From contig OZ024745.1 in the NCBI GenBank assembly GCA_964016885.1, positions 43,586,001-43,650,000 on the forward strand: a DNA stretch of 64,000 bases, given 5' to 3'. Positions 52,498-64,000 of the stretch are shown here, piece by piece. The notes under the pieces were generated by a model. It saw only the letters and a program-made list of their open reading frames with translations. It made no database searches and was not told the DNA's origin. How positions within the stretch are numbered: position 1 is the first letter of the stretch; the number at the start of each line of letters is the position of its first letter. This DNA comes from Eledone cirrhosa. Taxonomy: Eukaryota. A program made the position numbers and the translations under genes.

Positions 52498-53369
52498 GAA
52501 CAAAGAGGAAATTGATGAGCAATTTAATGGTTGACAGTCCTGAGATGAAATCTTTTCATGTAACAGCGAAGGAATTAATTTGATGCATAAAAACAGAAAA
52601 ATCACGTGGTTGTGTTTATCTATAAATCACCTCCATCAAATCATTCTGCAACTGTTTGAATATGAAAAAGTCAAGATCAATCTTATAAGGTACAGGTCCC
52701 AATTGGATGTTTCATGTATATTGCAATGTGTTGTTGCATGTACTCAGTGAGATGAAATTAAATTACTTTAGCACAAAGTCCAATCATGAGCTGTTGAAAC
52801 AATTTGCTCAAGTCTGACCTCATGAAACTATTCAATACACATGCAGAAAACAGTTTCTTTAATGAGAGAGAACTTAAAATATCCAATATAGTGGGGTCAA
52901 GTTAACGCTTTAGAAAAGAGGAGACAGAAAGAAGTGGCCAACAACCACTACAGAGAAATAAACTCTGTCTCTAAAGGTATTTTACCCTATTTTCTAAAGC
53001 TATTATTGTTTCTGCATTTGGATTCCAACATCCCAAATCATCCAAGCTCCTCGATAAATAATAAGATACAGTTTTTTTACTATCTAGTTTAGTACCCCAT
53101 TTGTTCTGAACTGAAATACTATGAATGTCTTCTCTAACATTTATTTCCAAAGAGTCAATGAAATGGGTACCAGTAATATATTAAGGTTGATTGAATCAAT
53201 TATTCTACTCTTGAACAGGCATTGGCCTTGGTTCTGAGCCAAAGGTATCAATATTAAATATAAAAGAACTATGACCATTTTATAAGGTTCATTCAGCTTC
53301 TTTTCTATGATCAAGATCCCACGATCATACTGGAACTGCTTAAAATAATGTCTATTCTGTTACTCATAG

Positions 53370-53501
53370 GTAAAAGTTGCCAAAGAAACATTTCATTCAG
53401 AAGATGTTATTGACTGTGATGCCGATGATGAGGAAGAACATGCAGATGGACAAGCTTCCCCAAAGGCTGTTGGACACAATATATTCATATTAGCACATCA
53501 G
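53370..53501 (+). CDS. ITPR: IP3R exon VKVAKETF...ASPKAVGHNIFILAHQ
   Basis: catAG / CAG|GTTGTT; SPxxVGHNI(F/Y)ILAHQ motif. Confidence 0.96.
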
Positions 53502-53520
53502 GTTGTTTTATATTTATATG

Positions 53521-53587
<67 letters not shown>

Positions 53588-54016
53588 CTTGTGTTTATAT
53601 CAATATACTTCTACCAGTTTACTTATTTTCTTCATCATCATCATCACTCTATCCATTCTCTGGAAAAGTTTAGAGTTTAACCCTTTCATTACTTTATTTC
53701 TAATGAAAAACACTGCTGTCTGCAATTTTCAAATAATTTTGAAAATAATCAAGATTTTGAAGGGATTTAGTAATGTAAGTAAGTTTTTCATTATTAAGCT
53801 GGTGTTTGGAGCATAATTTCTTACATACAATTATGATGGAAGGTTTTTAGCTAAATATAAACACTTTAAAACTAATAGCAGGACGTTTCAGACTGTTGCA
53901 TAATGAAGGGGTTAAATTTCTTAGGCAAAAAGAAGATTCTTGGTAAGCTATCTTTTTCTCAGGAAGTAGATACCTGGTGTTGAGATATTAAATAAAGAAT
54001 AACATTTTTTTTTTAG

Positions 54017-54124
54017 CTTTCCCAACATAACAAAGAGCTGGCAAGTCTGCTAAAACCAACTGGTAAAGATATCTATGGAGATCAAGCACTGGATTTTTAT
54101 GCTAAACACACTGCACAAATTGAG
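54017..54124 (+). CDS. ITPR: IP3R exon LSQHNKEL...[13 protein letters not shown]
   Basis: tttAG / GAG|GTTAGT; ends in the conserved Ca2+-sensor glutamate of HTAQIE. Confidence 0.97.
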
Positions 54125-54658
54125 GTTAGTAGACTTGTAAATTATATATGTTGTTGTCTAGTTTTTTAACATGTTTTAAATACTTACCTAAACTTGAAAC
54201 TTGAACAGATGTGTATTTAGAAAAGTATTTCTCCTCTCATCCATGCTCTCAGATATTAACTTTAAAAGTTCATGCACATACCCAAATTTTTCAACACCAT
54301 CTCAATCGATTTACATAAAAAACATGTAAAATTATGTTTTAAAAGTGCAGTCTGTTAAAAGCAAAGCTGTGGTAGTTATTAGATTGTTACATATAGACCT
54401 CTTTACTATTTCTATTTATTTCATGTACTATTTTATACTTTATGCACTATTTATATAAACGTAGTATATTGTCATTTGAATATAAATGATTACTTTTATA
54501 GAAAGATGTACAAATATATACTGTTGTAATGTCCATTACTTTCTATCAAGTCATATATTACACTGTAAGATGGGTTATACGATGCAGTAAAATGAGACCT
54601 TTATTTCTGTTGTTCAAAATAATCACTACCATATGTTTTCTTTTCATTTTTATTACAG

Positions 54659-54851
54659 ATTGTGCGAAATGACAGGACCCTAGAAAGAATAGTTTTTCCA
54701 ATCCCAGAGATCTGTGAATATTTAACAGATGAAACTAAAAATAAAGTCTATTATACTGCGGAAAGAGATGATCAAGGGAGCAAAGTAGCTGATTTCTTTG
54801 AGCGACATGAAGATATGTTTGCTGAAATGAAGTGGCAGAAACAACTTCGCG
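54659..54851 (+). CDS. ITPR: IP3R exon [22 protein letters not shown]...EMKWQKQLR
   Basis: tacAG / G|GTATGA; ERDDQGSK and EMxWQ conserved. Confidence 0.97.
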
Positions 54852-56186
54852 GTATGATCTTTATCTATTCTTGTTTTTTTTGTATTTTTTTCTTTATTCA
54901 AATTACAACAACAGACATATCATCACCATCATCATCATACATCTGCTTTCCATGCTAGCATAGGTTTGATGGGTTATCATGGTCAGAGACTAGATGGATC
55001 TAAGCAACCTCATCTTGCTCATATATTCTATATCTGATATAGTTTCTATAGCTAGATACCCTCCCTAACACCAACTACCTTACAGGGTATACTAGGTACA
55101 TTTTTCTTGTAGTACCACCACTACCACTTTACAGAGTGTAGTGGATACTGTTTATCATGGCACCAACACTAGAGAGCTTGTTTCAGATTCACCCAAACTG
55201 AAAATTTCTCTAAAACCATATATTGTCTCCATTCAATTGCCAACACTGTAATCTCCAACCTCTCACCATGTTTATTTTTACATTTAGTTTAACCTTTTAG
55301 CATTTAAACCGGCCATATCCGGACAGAATTCTCTCGGCTCTTTCTGTTCAAACTGACTGTAACCAGCCACTCATACCTACATTAAGGTATTGTTTTCAAA
55401 ATAAATACTATCTAAATCTCATAGATTCAATATTATGTGAGATAAAGCCTTTACTGTGAAAATACAATAGTAAATATAGAATAACGTAAATACTAAAGGG
55501 TTAACAGAGTTAATTTTAAAATAATTAATACCATAAATTGAAATACTTACTATCATCAATTGAAATATAATTGTACATAAATTAAGAGTCAGGATGATGT
55601 CAATTTATACTAAATTATTTATTGATAAATAGTTGATGTTGGGCTGTTGTTAAGTTGTTTATGAAAAGGTAGAGGATATATCCCTGTTGAAATTAAATTT
55701 AATTGAATTAAAGGTGTCTTGAAAACTTGTACTTGTCTTTTATGAGTTGTAAGAAATGTGATGGTGTATGATAATAAAACATTGGGCAATTAATATTAAG
55801 AAGGATATACAGTGAGTGTAGCAGAATAAATTTACAGTTGTCTGTTGGATATGCAATGTTAACTTTAGAGAAATTTTAATGAGGATGGAGTTAAGGAAAT
55901 GAGTGTGCATGAAAAACTTTGAATTATGAAACAATAATATGACTGAAGGACACATGTTTGATAAAGTGCTAAGAGGGACTCATAGAATGGGCTGTATTTT
56001 TGATGTGCAAGTGTTGTCTGAATAAAAGGACAGGTATTAAGTTGATATTGGTGGTGAGTTGATATGAAATTAAATTGTCATTAAATTGTTCATTATTGAT
56101 ATGCATTTCATATTGTATTTATACATATTTTAACATTGCATTTACTCATGTATATATTTTAAAACTTATTTTCATATATATTTCAG

Positions 56187-56309
56187 CCAATTCTTTACTA
56201 TTCTGGTTTAGTAGTCATATGCTACTTTGGGGCAATATTTCATTCAATCTGGCTGTTCTCATGAATTTATTAGTTGCCTTTTTCTATCCTTTTGGACAGT
56301 CCACGAAAG
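56187..56309 (+). CDS. ITPR: IP3R exon, first transmembrane segment ([19 protein letters not shown])
   Basis: ttcAG / G|GTATGT; phase 1/1. Confidence 0.96.
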
Positions 56310-56789
56310 GTATGTTTGTGAACTTCTAACATTTTCATTGTTCTACTAAGGTCATTCTCAAATAGAAATATATAAGATACTTGAAATATGTGGTGAATTT
56401 TACACATGAATGTTTATGTCTATTGATTAATTTACCTGTATCATATAAGCTTAACCTTCTGGAGGCTGAATTGCTTCCCTTGATACTCTATTATGAATTA
56501 AGGGGAGATTAATCTATTGGTGCCTTCAGTCACCTGCAGTGCCAAGGGGATAAAGCAGTTTTCAAATATGTTAAGCAAAATTAAGAAATCTAAAAGTCAG
56601 GTAAAAGCCTGATCATCTATTCAACTGTTACTATAAAACCAATTAAAGGCATGTCATGTATGTACAGAAAGTTAAAGGGTGAAGCAAGAAAGTTTCTTCT
56701 CATAAAAGGTAGAAAGAATCTAAACATTATTGATAAATAGTTGCATCTGTTATACGCTTTTTTTAATTGGAAAGTCTTTTCTGTTCCAG

Positions 56790-56962
56790 AATTGGATTCC
56801 CGCCTCTCAGGATTGGTGTGGGCAGCCATGTTTGCGTCCTTAGTCATTGTCATTATGGTTCCTCGACCAGCAGGCATTCGAACTCTGATTGTTTCAACAA
56901 TATTACGACTTATTTACTCTGTTGGTTTGGCACCAACACTCTGGCTTTTAGGGGCCTTAAAT
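56790..56962 (+). CDS. ITPR: IP3R exon, membrane region ([14 protein letters not shown]...TLWLLGALN)
   Basis: tccAG / AAT|GTAATA; SGLxW, GIR and ILRLI motifs. Confidence 0.95.
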
Positions 56963-59310
56963 GTAATAATTCATTTATTTCATTTATTTTTAAAAGAAAT
57001 TACTAACTTGAATTCTATTAATCTTTCATTAATAGAATTAATAGAATTAATTAACTAGCTTAAATATTATAGATAAGGATACTGGTAAAACAATATCTTC
57101 TTCCTCTTCACCCACGTATTCCTGGGATGTCGTGGAAGCACACCTTCCAGTGGGTCCTGTCAGAAGCAACTATCTCCAATTTATCCAGCTGAAAATCATC
57201 ATCCTTGTTGTTTTATGTTCATTTTCCATGCTGGCATGAGTTGTACAGGTTGTCATGGCTGGAAAGATATATCTAATTCATTATGTTCCATATTTTTCGG
57301 GGTTTCTATAGCTGGGTATCCTTCCTAATGCCAACCACCTAACAGGATGTACTTGAGTACATTTCTTTGTGACACCAGAACTAGAGAGGTTTCCGTGTCG
57401 TGTTATACGTATTATGTCCTCAGTACTTTAAGATAATTAATGGATTAGACAGGATCAAAGACATGGAAAAAACAGTAGATATCAAAATAGATACTTTGGT
57501 CTAATCAGTCTATGAAGTACATGAACCCTTTCTTTTGTTCTTGACTAAACCATTAAAAAGTTGAGATTGCCACTGATTGTATTTAAATCCTAGCAAAAAT
57601 CATATTTCCTACCACTCCAATGTTTATAGCCTTTGATCCTTGCCATTACCTTCAACTAAAATTGTCACATAATTTATTCCTTTTTGACATACAAATATTG
57701 TATCATTTGTCTCTGAGTCATCCTTGTTATGTTAGCCACATTCTGTATTCAAATACTTTATGAAATATTGTATCTGCACTATTGTACCATCCACTCTCTT
57801 GACCACCTATAGCTCTCATATGATTAGGATCAACATGTTTCAGTTACTCTGACTATGTTTCCTCTCTTCCATTTCTCTTGGGTCATACTACTCTCTAAAC
57901 TTCTTAAAATACTAACAGTTGTTCAACTAGCAAGTGCACTGCATTGAAGACAACTATCTCAGCTCAGCTCATTTCTCTGTATGATGTCATTATTTTAGAT
58001 GACTTCAATGTATATAACTCCTCTTTATGCTTACACTCATACACAGGCACTGATGAGACAAAAGCTATATCTTGAATTGTCTACACCAGTTAAGATCATC
58101 ATAGACCTGTATTCCTGATTGGAACACTCCTGACATATTCAGGACAGCTATGTGTGGGATTGATACCATCTTGTAGATGTCTTTCTTCTAACCTTACACA
58201 ACCCAAGCCCATAATCTCCAAACCACCAAGTGTTATGGCTATAGAAAAAATGAAAAACCTGTCTACAATACAAAATGGCCACCTACCATCAGAAGCTGGA
58301 CAACGTGTATTTACAACCACAACAACTACAGGAAAGCACCACTATTCTGGTGCTGTTTCTTCTACAGCTATTATAACAATTTTTGCTAGTCTGAATATCA
58401 AGTTAACTACAACCTCTGTCAAATACCACATAATATATACACATCTCTTTGTTTTGTCATTACTAAATACTTTGACCAATTATTCCTCCTTAAAAGTGTA
58501 ACTCCCTGAAAATCCCTACTTTTCTATGTTTTTACTACAAGCATTAATCATTAATCTGGGAAGACCTACAAAGATCATGTGTGTAACCTTTCTTTCTTTT
58601 CCAGCTAAATAATTCTAAAAAGAAACATTCCATCTTACCACACTGCTACTACATCTAATATCACTACTACACTACACACAAAGCTATTATATTCAATGAT
58701 ATCACATAATATTAATACTGTATAAAATATCATATCACCCACTTTAAGACTACCACTTGGTCTTTGGGTGCTTTGAGCAGAGTCTACTCTCTAGCAAGCA
58801 TTCCAACCACATCTCTGAACTGAAGACAATTCAATATCTTGAGTCATTACTTCATATTGTATCAACCCTTCAGTTGTGCTCTTTCTTACCTTTTCCCCAA
58901 CCAATCTCAGAGATCCTGCAAAAATGTTCATGGGTGCTTTCCTTTTTCTGACCAAGCCATAAAACAAAGCTACAAAACAACAATAGTGCCACTACATCAT
59001 TTACACTACTTCATATACATCACTAGTACTATACCTTCTTATACAATGACAATATATCATGTGCACATAGCTATATACAACACTACCACTATGCTACATA
59101 CACAACAACTGTAACTATATACAGACTATATGCAGTATTACTGTTACTAATACTTCCATGATGCTATATATACAACTTCTATATTCAATATACCATTGTT
59201 ACATATACCCACTACTTGACTACTATAACCAATTTTATCACCATATTATATATGTCCTATTATTATACCCAACACTATCACTACATGCCATTATTTGTTT
59301 TCTTTTACAG

Positions 59311-59475
59311 GTGTTGAACAAAGGTATATTCATTATCAGCTTAATGGGAAACAGGGGCAGTTTCACACGCTCCTTTAAACACCTGTTGATGGACTTTGAA
59401 CTTGTTTACCATATTATCTATTTGTTGCTCTGTGTGTTGGGCCTCTGTGTTCATGAGTTTTTTTACAGTCTTCTT
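59311..59475 (+). CDS. ITPR: IP3R exon, membrane region (VLNKGIF...GNRGSF...VHEFFYSLL)
   Basis: tacAG / CTT|GTAAGT; HEFFYSLL motif. Confidence 0.97.
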
Positions 59476-59694
59476 GTAAGTGTTCTCTCTCTCTATATAT
59501 ATATGTGTGTGTGTGTGTGTCAGGTTCCTTATATCTAAGTTGCTTGAGATTTTATAAATCTCCAGATTACAATATTTTCTCGACCAATTAGTGATATGTA
59601 TAAGGTGTTCTATATATATATAGTTATGTAATAAACAACATAAGATAATTATTTCATTTACCAGTGGTTTCTTGAAGGGGGATGTTGTATCTTT

Positions 59695-59728
<34 letters not shown>

Positions 59729-60194
59729 CTTCGATTTTGTATTTGTTTTGCAAGATTTTTTATCTGAAAACATGTGTTAAACAGATATTGTTATCCTTTG
59801 CGAGGGTCATGCTGCCAATAAAAAACAAACGTACCTGTTGGATTTCACTCCATCATCATCATCTTTGTTTAACGTCCATCTTCCACGCTAGCATGGGTTA
59901 CAGTTTATTATTATTTCTCAGCTGGTTAGTCTACTAACAGAATTATCATCAAAGCTCTTTTGTCACACATTCTGTGACCTCCTCAGAGACTACTTTTGTT
60001 GTTACTTTGTGTCTCAGAATGTGTGGTGAAAGAGTTTTGATGACATTCAACAACTAAATCGGCCACAAATCCAGATAAAAAGAGCAACATAAAATAAAGT
60101 GTCTTGCTCAAAGACATAACGCATCACCTGGTCCGGGAATCAAACTGACAACCTGCCGACCTCATGATTGGGAATCCAATTCTCTAACCACTCA

Positions 60195-60229
<35 letters not shown>

Positions 60230-60445
60230 AAAATGATAATAAAAAAAAAGATCTTTATAACATGTATAAAAAAATTGATGTTATCAAAGTCTGCTTTCTC
60301 CATTTATATTTTATCAATATGGCTAATAACTCTATGCCATGAAGCAATGTGTCAAATGCATATGGCTAATAATAAAATGATTTTCGTTGTATATAAAAAT
60401 TTTTTTTAAATCATTAATATTATGTATTTTTGTTTATTTTGCCAG

Positions 60446-60632
60446 CTTCTCGATGTTGTCTACAGAGAAGAAACCCTACTTAATGTGATAAAGTCTGTTA
60501 CAAGAAATGGACGCTCAATCATCCTGACAACGGTTCTTGCCGTTATTTTAATCTACCTCTTCTCTATCATTGGTTACGTCTTCTTCCGAGATGATTTTAT
60601 GATGGAAGTGGAGCATTTGGCGGAAATTCCAA
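60446..60632 (+). CDS. ITPR: IP3R exon, S4-S5 linker and TM5 ([28 protein letters not shown]...DDFMMEVE)
   Basis: gccAG / A|GTAAGG; hallmark [19 protein letters not shown]. Confidence 0.98.
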
Positions 60633-61402
60633 GTAAGGCTTCAGTTCATTCCCAAACAGAATATTTCCTATTTTATTTTATATTTTCTTTAATCTCTATT
60701 CATTTTTATAATACATTCCATACATTATTAATTTTTCTCTAAAACAGTTTCTTTTGCTAAGGGAAGCCATTTTTCATACTAACTAGTGGCAAACTTGTTC
60801 TCGTCAGATCAGTAATCTTATCATATTTATTAGTTTCTGTATACCATTAGTTTTTGTATTTCATAAATTTATGTCAAATCTTTTTTAAACTTCAATCATG
60901 AAGATTTTCATGTGTCTGTACCCCCAAACTAAGATTTGTACTATATTTTGCATCAATATAAAAACTAATATAATACAGTACATATGAAACTTGAAGGGGC
61001 CCAGAATACATAATTTAATTGAATATGTATAACTGAGCTACATGAAAAATATTGAAGCTGTCAGACTGTCGTCATACTTCCTACTGTTATGCAACTTTCA
61101 GAGTAACCTTGTTGCACTTCCTGGTTGCTGTATGATCTTTTCATAACATCTGGTTACTATCTAGCTTCTTTATAGCAACTGGTTGTCAAATGGTCTCTTC
61201 TTTTGCACTGACTGGTTTCTGTGATCTATTTCTAGTGTCTGTTACTTCTTCACATTAGTTACTATCTAATCTCATCTTCCTGCTTCTCTCTCTTCACCTA
61301 AACCAGAGGTTCTCAAAGTGGGGACTACCACCCCCCGGGGGTATTGAGAAGGTCCTGAGAGGGGCAGTAGAGATGATATAATAGTATATTAAATATCAAA
61401 TG

Positions 61403-61449
<47 letters not shown>

Positions 61450-61562
61450 AGGTGAGTTTTATTGTAGCACAATAAAGCAATGCAAATATCGGATAAGTAG
61501 CACTCAACAGTTTATAGGACTGGAGTATAAATAATATAAAAGATGGTTAAAAGAGTTCCATG

Positions 61563-61633
61563 TATTTTATTATGCACATTTCAAAAACAAATATCATCAT
61601 GGAATGATATTTGCGTTCTCATCAGATAAAATA
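61563..61633 (-). ncRNA. Type I minimal hammerhead ribozyme motif (inverted partner)
   Basis: Reverse complement tattttat-CTGATGA-stem II-GAAA-tgtgca-TA-ataaaata. Confidence 0.8.
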
Positions 61634-61644
61634 TCATGTCTCCC

Positions 61645-61715
61645 TATTTTATCTGATGAGAAAGCAAATATCATCCCAAGATGATATTTGTTTTTGAAAT
61701 GAGCATAATAAAATA
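61645..61715 (+). ncRNA. Type I minimal hammerhead ribozyme motif (sense to ITPR)
   Basis: Stem I TATTTTAT/ATAAAATA, CTGATGA, 16-bp stem II, GAAA, stem III T-GAGC-A, AUA triplet (cut after 61707). Confidence 0.8.
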
Positions 61716-61809
61716 CATGGAACTCTTTTAACCATCTTTTGATTTTATATTATATATATATATATATATATAGAAAGATTTGAATGGATACAGTTTAGTT
61801 GAAAGGAAT

Positions 61810-61930
61810 TTATTGACACGTGTTTCTATAACAGTTACATAACCTGAAAACAGCTGCTATCTACAAAGTATTGGTTATGCAGACATTCAATATTTCAATG
61901 TTATTATTTACTGTCATTTCATCAGAATAA
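61810..61930 (-). ncRNA. Hammerhead motif with extended stem-loop II
   Basis: ttatt-CTGATGA-a-ATGACAGT...ACTGTTAT-a-GAAA-cACGTg-TC-aataa. Confidence 0.7.
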
Positions 61931-62492
61931 TATTACTGAGGACCTATTTGGTTTTTATAGAGAATATTAGGAGGGAGGCGTGAAGTTGTTAGAAGAATAG
62001 TTGAGGGAGTGGTTTTTTGATAGCAGTGAGAATTTTTGGTGGCAGTGAGTAATTAGATTCCCATCTGTTGTTTTGACATTTTTATAGAATATATTATTGG
62101 TTATTTTTCTAAATCTATAGAAGGATTAGAGATAGTAAAGATATGCGTGGTTGGTTTTGTGTTTGCACTTAATTAACATTCAGACTTAAATTTTTCTTTC
62201 AAGTGTACGGATCCTTTCACCCACGCATTCACACACAAATATATTTGCACACCTCTACAAAATACATATACTCACATTCACATATTCATACTTACATACA
62301 TATACACATGCATACATATATATATACACACATGTATTCATGTACATACATACGCGTTCATGTGTATACATTTTCATACTCAACTTATCTTTATATACAC
62401 ACGTATAGACACACACATATATACATACATACTCTAGTCTATGTGTACACATATACATATACATACACATCTATATATATATATATATATAT

Positions 62493-62531
<39 letters not shown>

Positions 62532-62612
62532 CACTTTAATACATGAATACACTTACATCTAACTATACACATCAAACATATATATATATTTACTTATTTA
62601 TATACATTTTCA

Positions 62613-63052
62613 CATCATCATCATCATCATCATCATCAACGTTTAACGTCCGTGTTCCACGCTTGCATGGGTTTGGACGGGGGTAGTCCCACTTGAGGCA
62701 AGAGTGATTGTCTTGCTCGCATAGGACTGTCTGGCAGGTTTTCTACAGTTGGATGCCCTTCCTAACACCAACCACATTTACAGTGTGGGTCTGGGAGGTT
62801 TTTACCGTGTTGCCTACACGGCCACATTACAACGTGGACTGTGTGTTTTTTTGTCGTGACACCTACACGATCTCATTTGTTTCGGCCTATGGCGCGGCAC
62901 CAACATAACTTTACATAGAACGGGGTGGTGTGGATGGGGTGGGGTGGTGGGGGTGGGACGGGGTGTATTTTGTTAGAGATGCCTACTGGTTGGAGTAGGT
63001 TTTACTATATATTTAGGTAAGGCGGGTCTTCTCTGTTACTGAGTACCGCCAA
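62613..63052 (-). mobile_element. RTE LINE 3' fragment nested in a Penelope remnant within a hAT element
   Basis: Near identity to 23566-24000. Confidence 0.92.
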
Positions 63053-63261
63053 CATATATATACATATTTATGGACGTTTTTAGACACATTCATTATCGCA
63101 TATTTGCACCTATTCTCATCAGCATATCTTTCCATTATTAGTGTGGTAATTTAAGGTTATTAATATATGTTGAGAAGAGATTGTTTTTATATTTTTCTAA
63201 CTAGATTGAGGTTTATATAGTTGGGGGGATGTCCCTCTTTTATGTAATATTCGGCTTGTAG

Positions 63262-63479
63262 TGGGAAAAAAGGGTTTTAATTCTGTGACGGCAGAATAAT
63301 GTTCGTTCAATTCTGTTATTCAGCAGTTTCTTCTTGTGTGTGATTATGTAATAAATCTCAAGATTACACAATTTGCAGAAATTTTGGCTCCTGGAAAAGC
63401 TTTGGGTTTTAGCTAATTTCTCCCATTTTAGGGTAAACTTTTGATCGCTATCCCTGAGCGTCCAAGCTTTTTCTGCTAT
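63262..63479 (-). mobile_element. Penelope-like element, C-terminus of GIY-YIG endonuclease region
   Basis: IAEKAWTLRD...LKWEKL...FCKLCNLEIYYI...LLNNRIE...CRHR; downstream on the same strand lies the hammerhead at 61810-61930. Confidence 0.8.
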
Positions 63480-63784
63480 ATATAGTAAAATAAAAAATAT
63501 ATAATATTTATTTATACATAGTATATATTATATATATTTATCATATAAATTAATGATTTAATTTATTTTATATTATTTACAATTTGCGTGTAGGCAGGTC
63601 TCTCTGGAAATAGGGTTGGGAGGGGGGGCCGTTTTTTTGTATTACTTGGCAGTGAGGGGGTGCAGTGACCCAAAAAGTTTGAGAACCTCTGACCTAAACA
63701 AACTGGCTGCTATCTCCATAACAACTGGCTACTATCTTTAAAGCCACTGGTTTATATCTGATCTCTTCATAGTAACTACTACTA

Positions 63785-64000
63785 TGATCTCACTATAACA
63801 TATATGTTCTATCTGATCTCTTTATAACATATATGTTCTATCTGATCTCTCTATAACATATATGTTCTATCTGATCTCTTTATAACATATATGTTCTATC
63901 TGATCTCTCTATAACATATATGTTCTATCTGATCTCTCTATAACATATATGTTCTGTCTAATCTCTCTATAACATATATGTTCTATCTGATCTCTCTATA
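63785..64000. repeat. 29-bp tandem repeat TCTGATCTCTCTATAACATATATGTTCTA running off the window end
   Basis: Period 29 (63841, 63870, ...). Confidence 0.95.

Larger units (their letters stand above)
61538..61740. repeat. Foldback inverted repeat carrying two opposed hammerheads
   Basis: ~95-bp arms, ~11-nt spacer, a few mismatches. Confidence 0.92.
61304..63691 (+). mobile_element. Non-autonomous hAT (Charlie-like) element carrying nested insertions
   Basis: 14-bp TIR CAGAGGTTCTCAAA/TTTGAGAACCTCTG; 8-bp TSD ACCTAAAC at 61296 and 63692. Confidence 0.9.

Noticed and set aside
57850-58400. Degenerate LINE endonuclease remnants (also ~49400-50330)
   Set aside because: Only scattered motifs such as DDFN; too decayed to set boundaries or family.

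Overview
AT-rich eukaryotic genomic DNA. The repeat content suggests a coleoid cephalopod, probably Octopus (inference). The whole window lies inside one + strand gene, an inositol 1,4,5-trisphosphate receptor (ITPR/IP3R). Fifteen constitutive exons splice in frame from the regulatory region (...LIKHTERLL...DYGEK) to the channel transmembrane region (...EHLAEIP); neither gene end is in the window. The introns hold young 5'-truncated RTE LINEs, tRNA-derived SINEs, TTAA (piggyBac-type) MITEs, a Helitron, a nested hAT element, a CRE endonuclease fragment, Penelope-like remnants, large (TA)n fields and two minisatellites. Most long ORFs in the supplied track are microsatellite artefacts. Main points: (1) a 48-nt in-frame cassette exon (VDLKALNKTELDDHRR) in the 30-kb intron at the position of the vertebrate neuronal S2/SII splice site, resembling segment SIIC; (2) multiple type I hammerhead ribozyme motifs from Penelope-like elements, where the solitary copies I found are all antisense to ITPR and the sense copies all sit inside foldback inverted repeats; (3) further candidate cassette exons and a minisatellite made of 5' splice-site motifs. 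All calls were made by eye.
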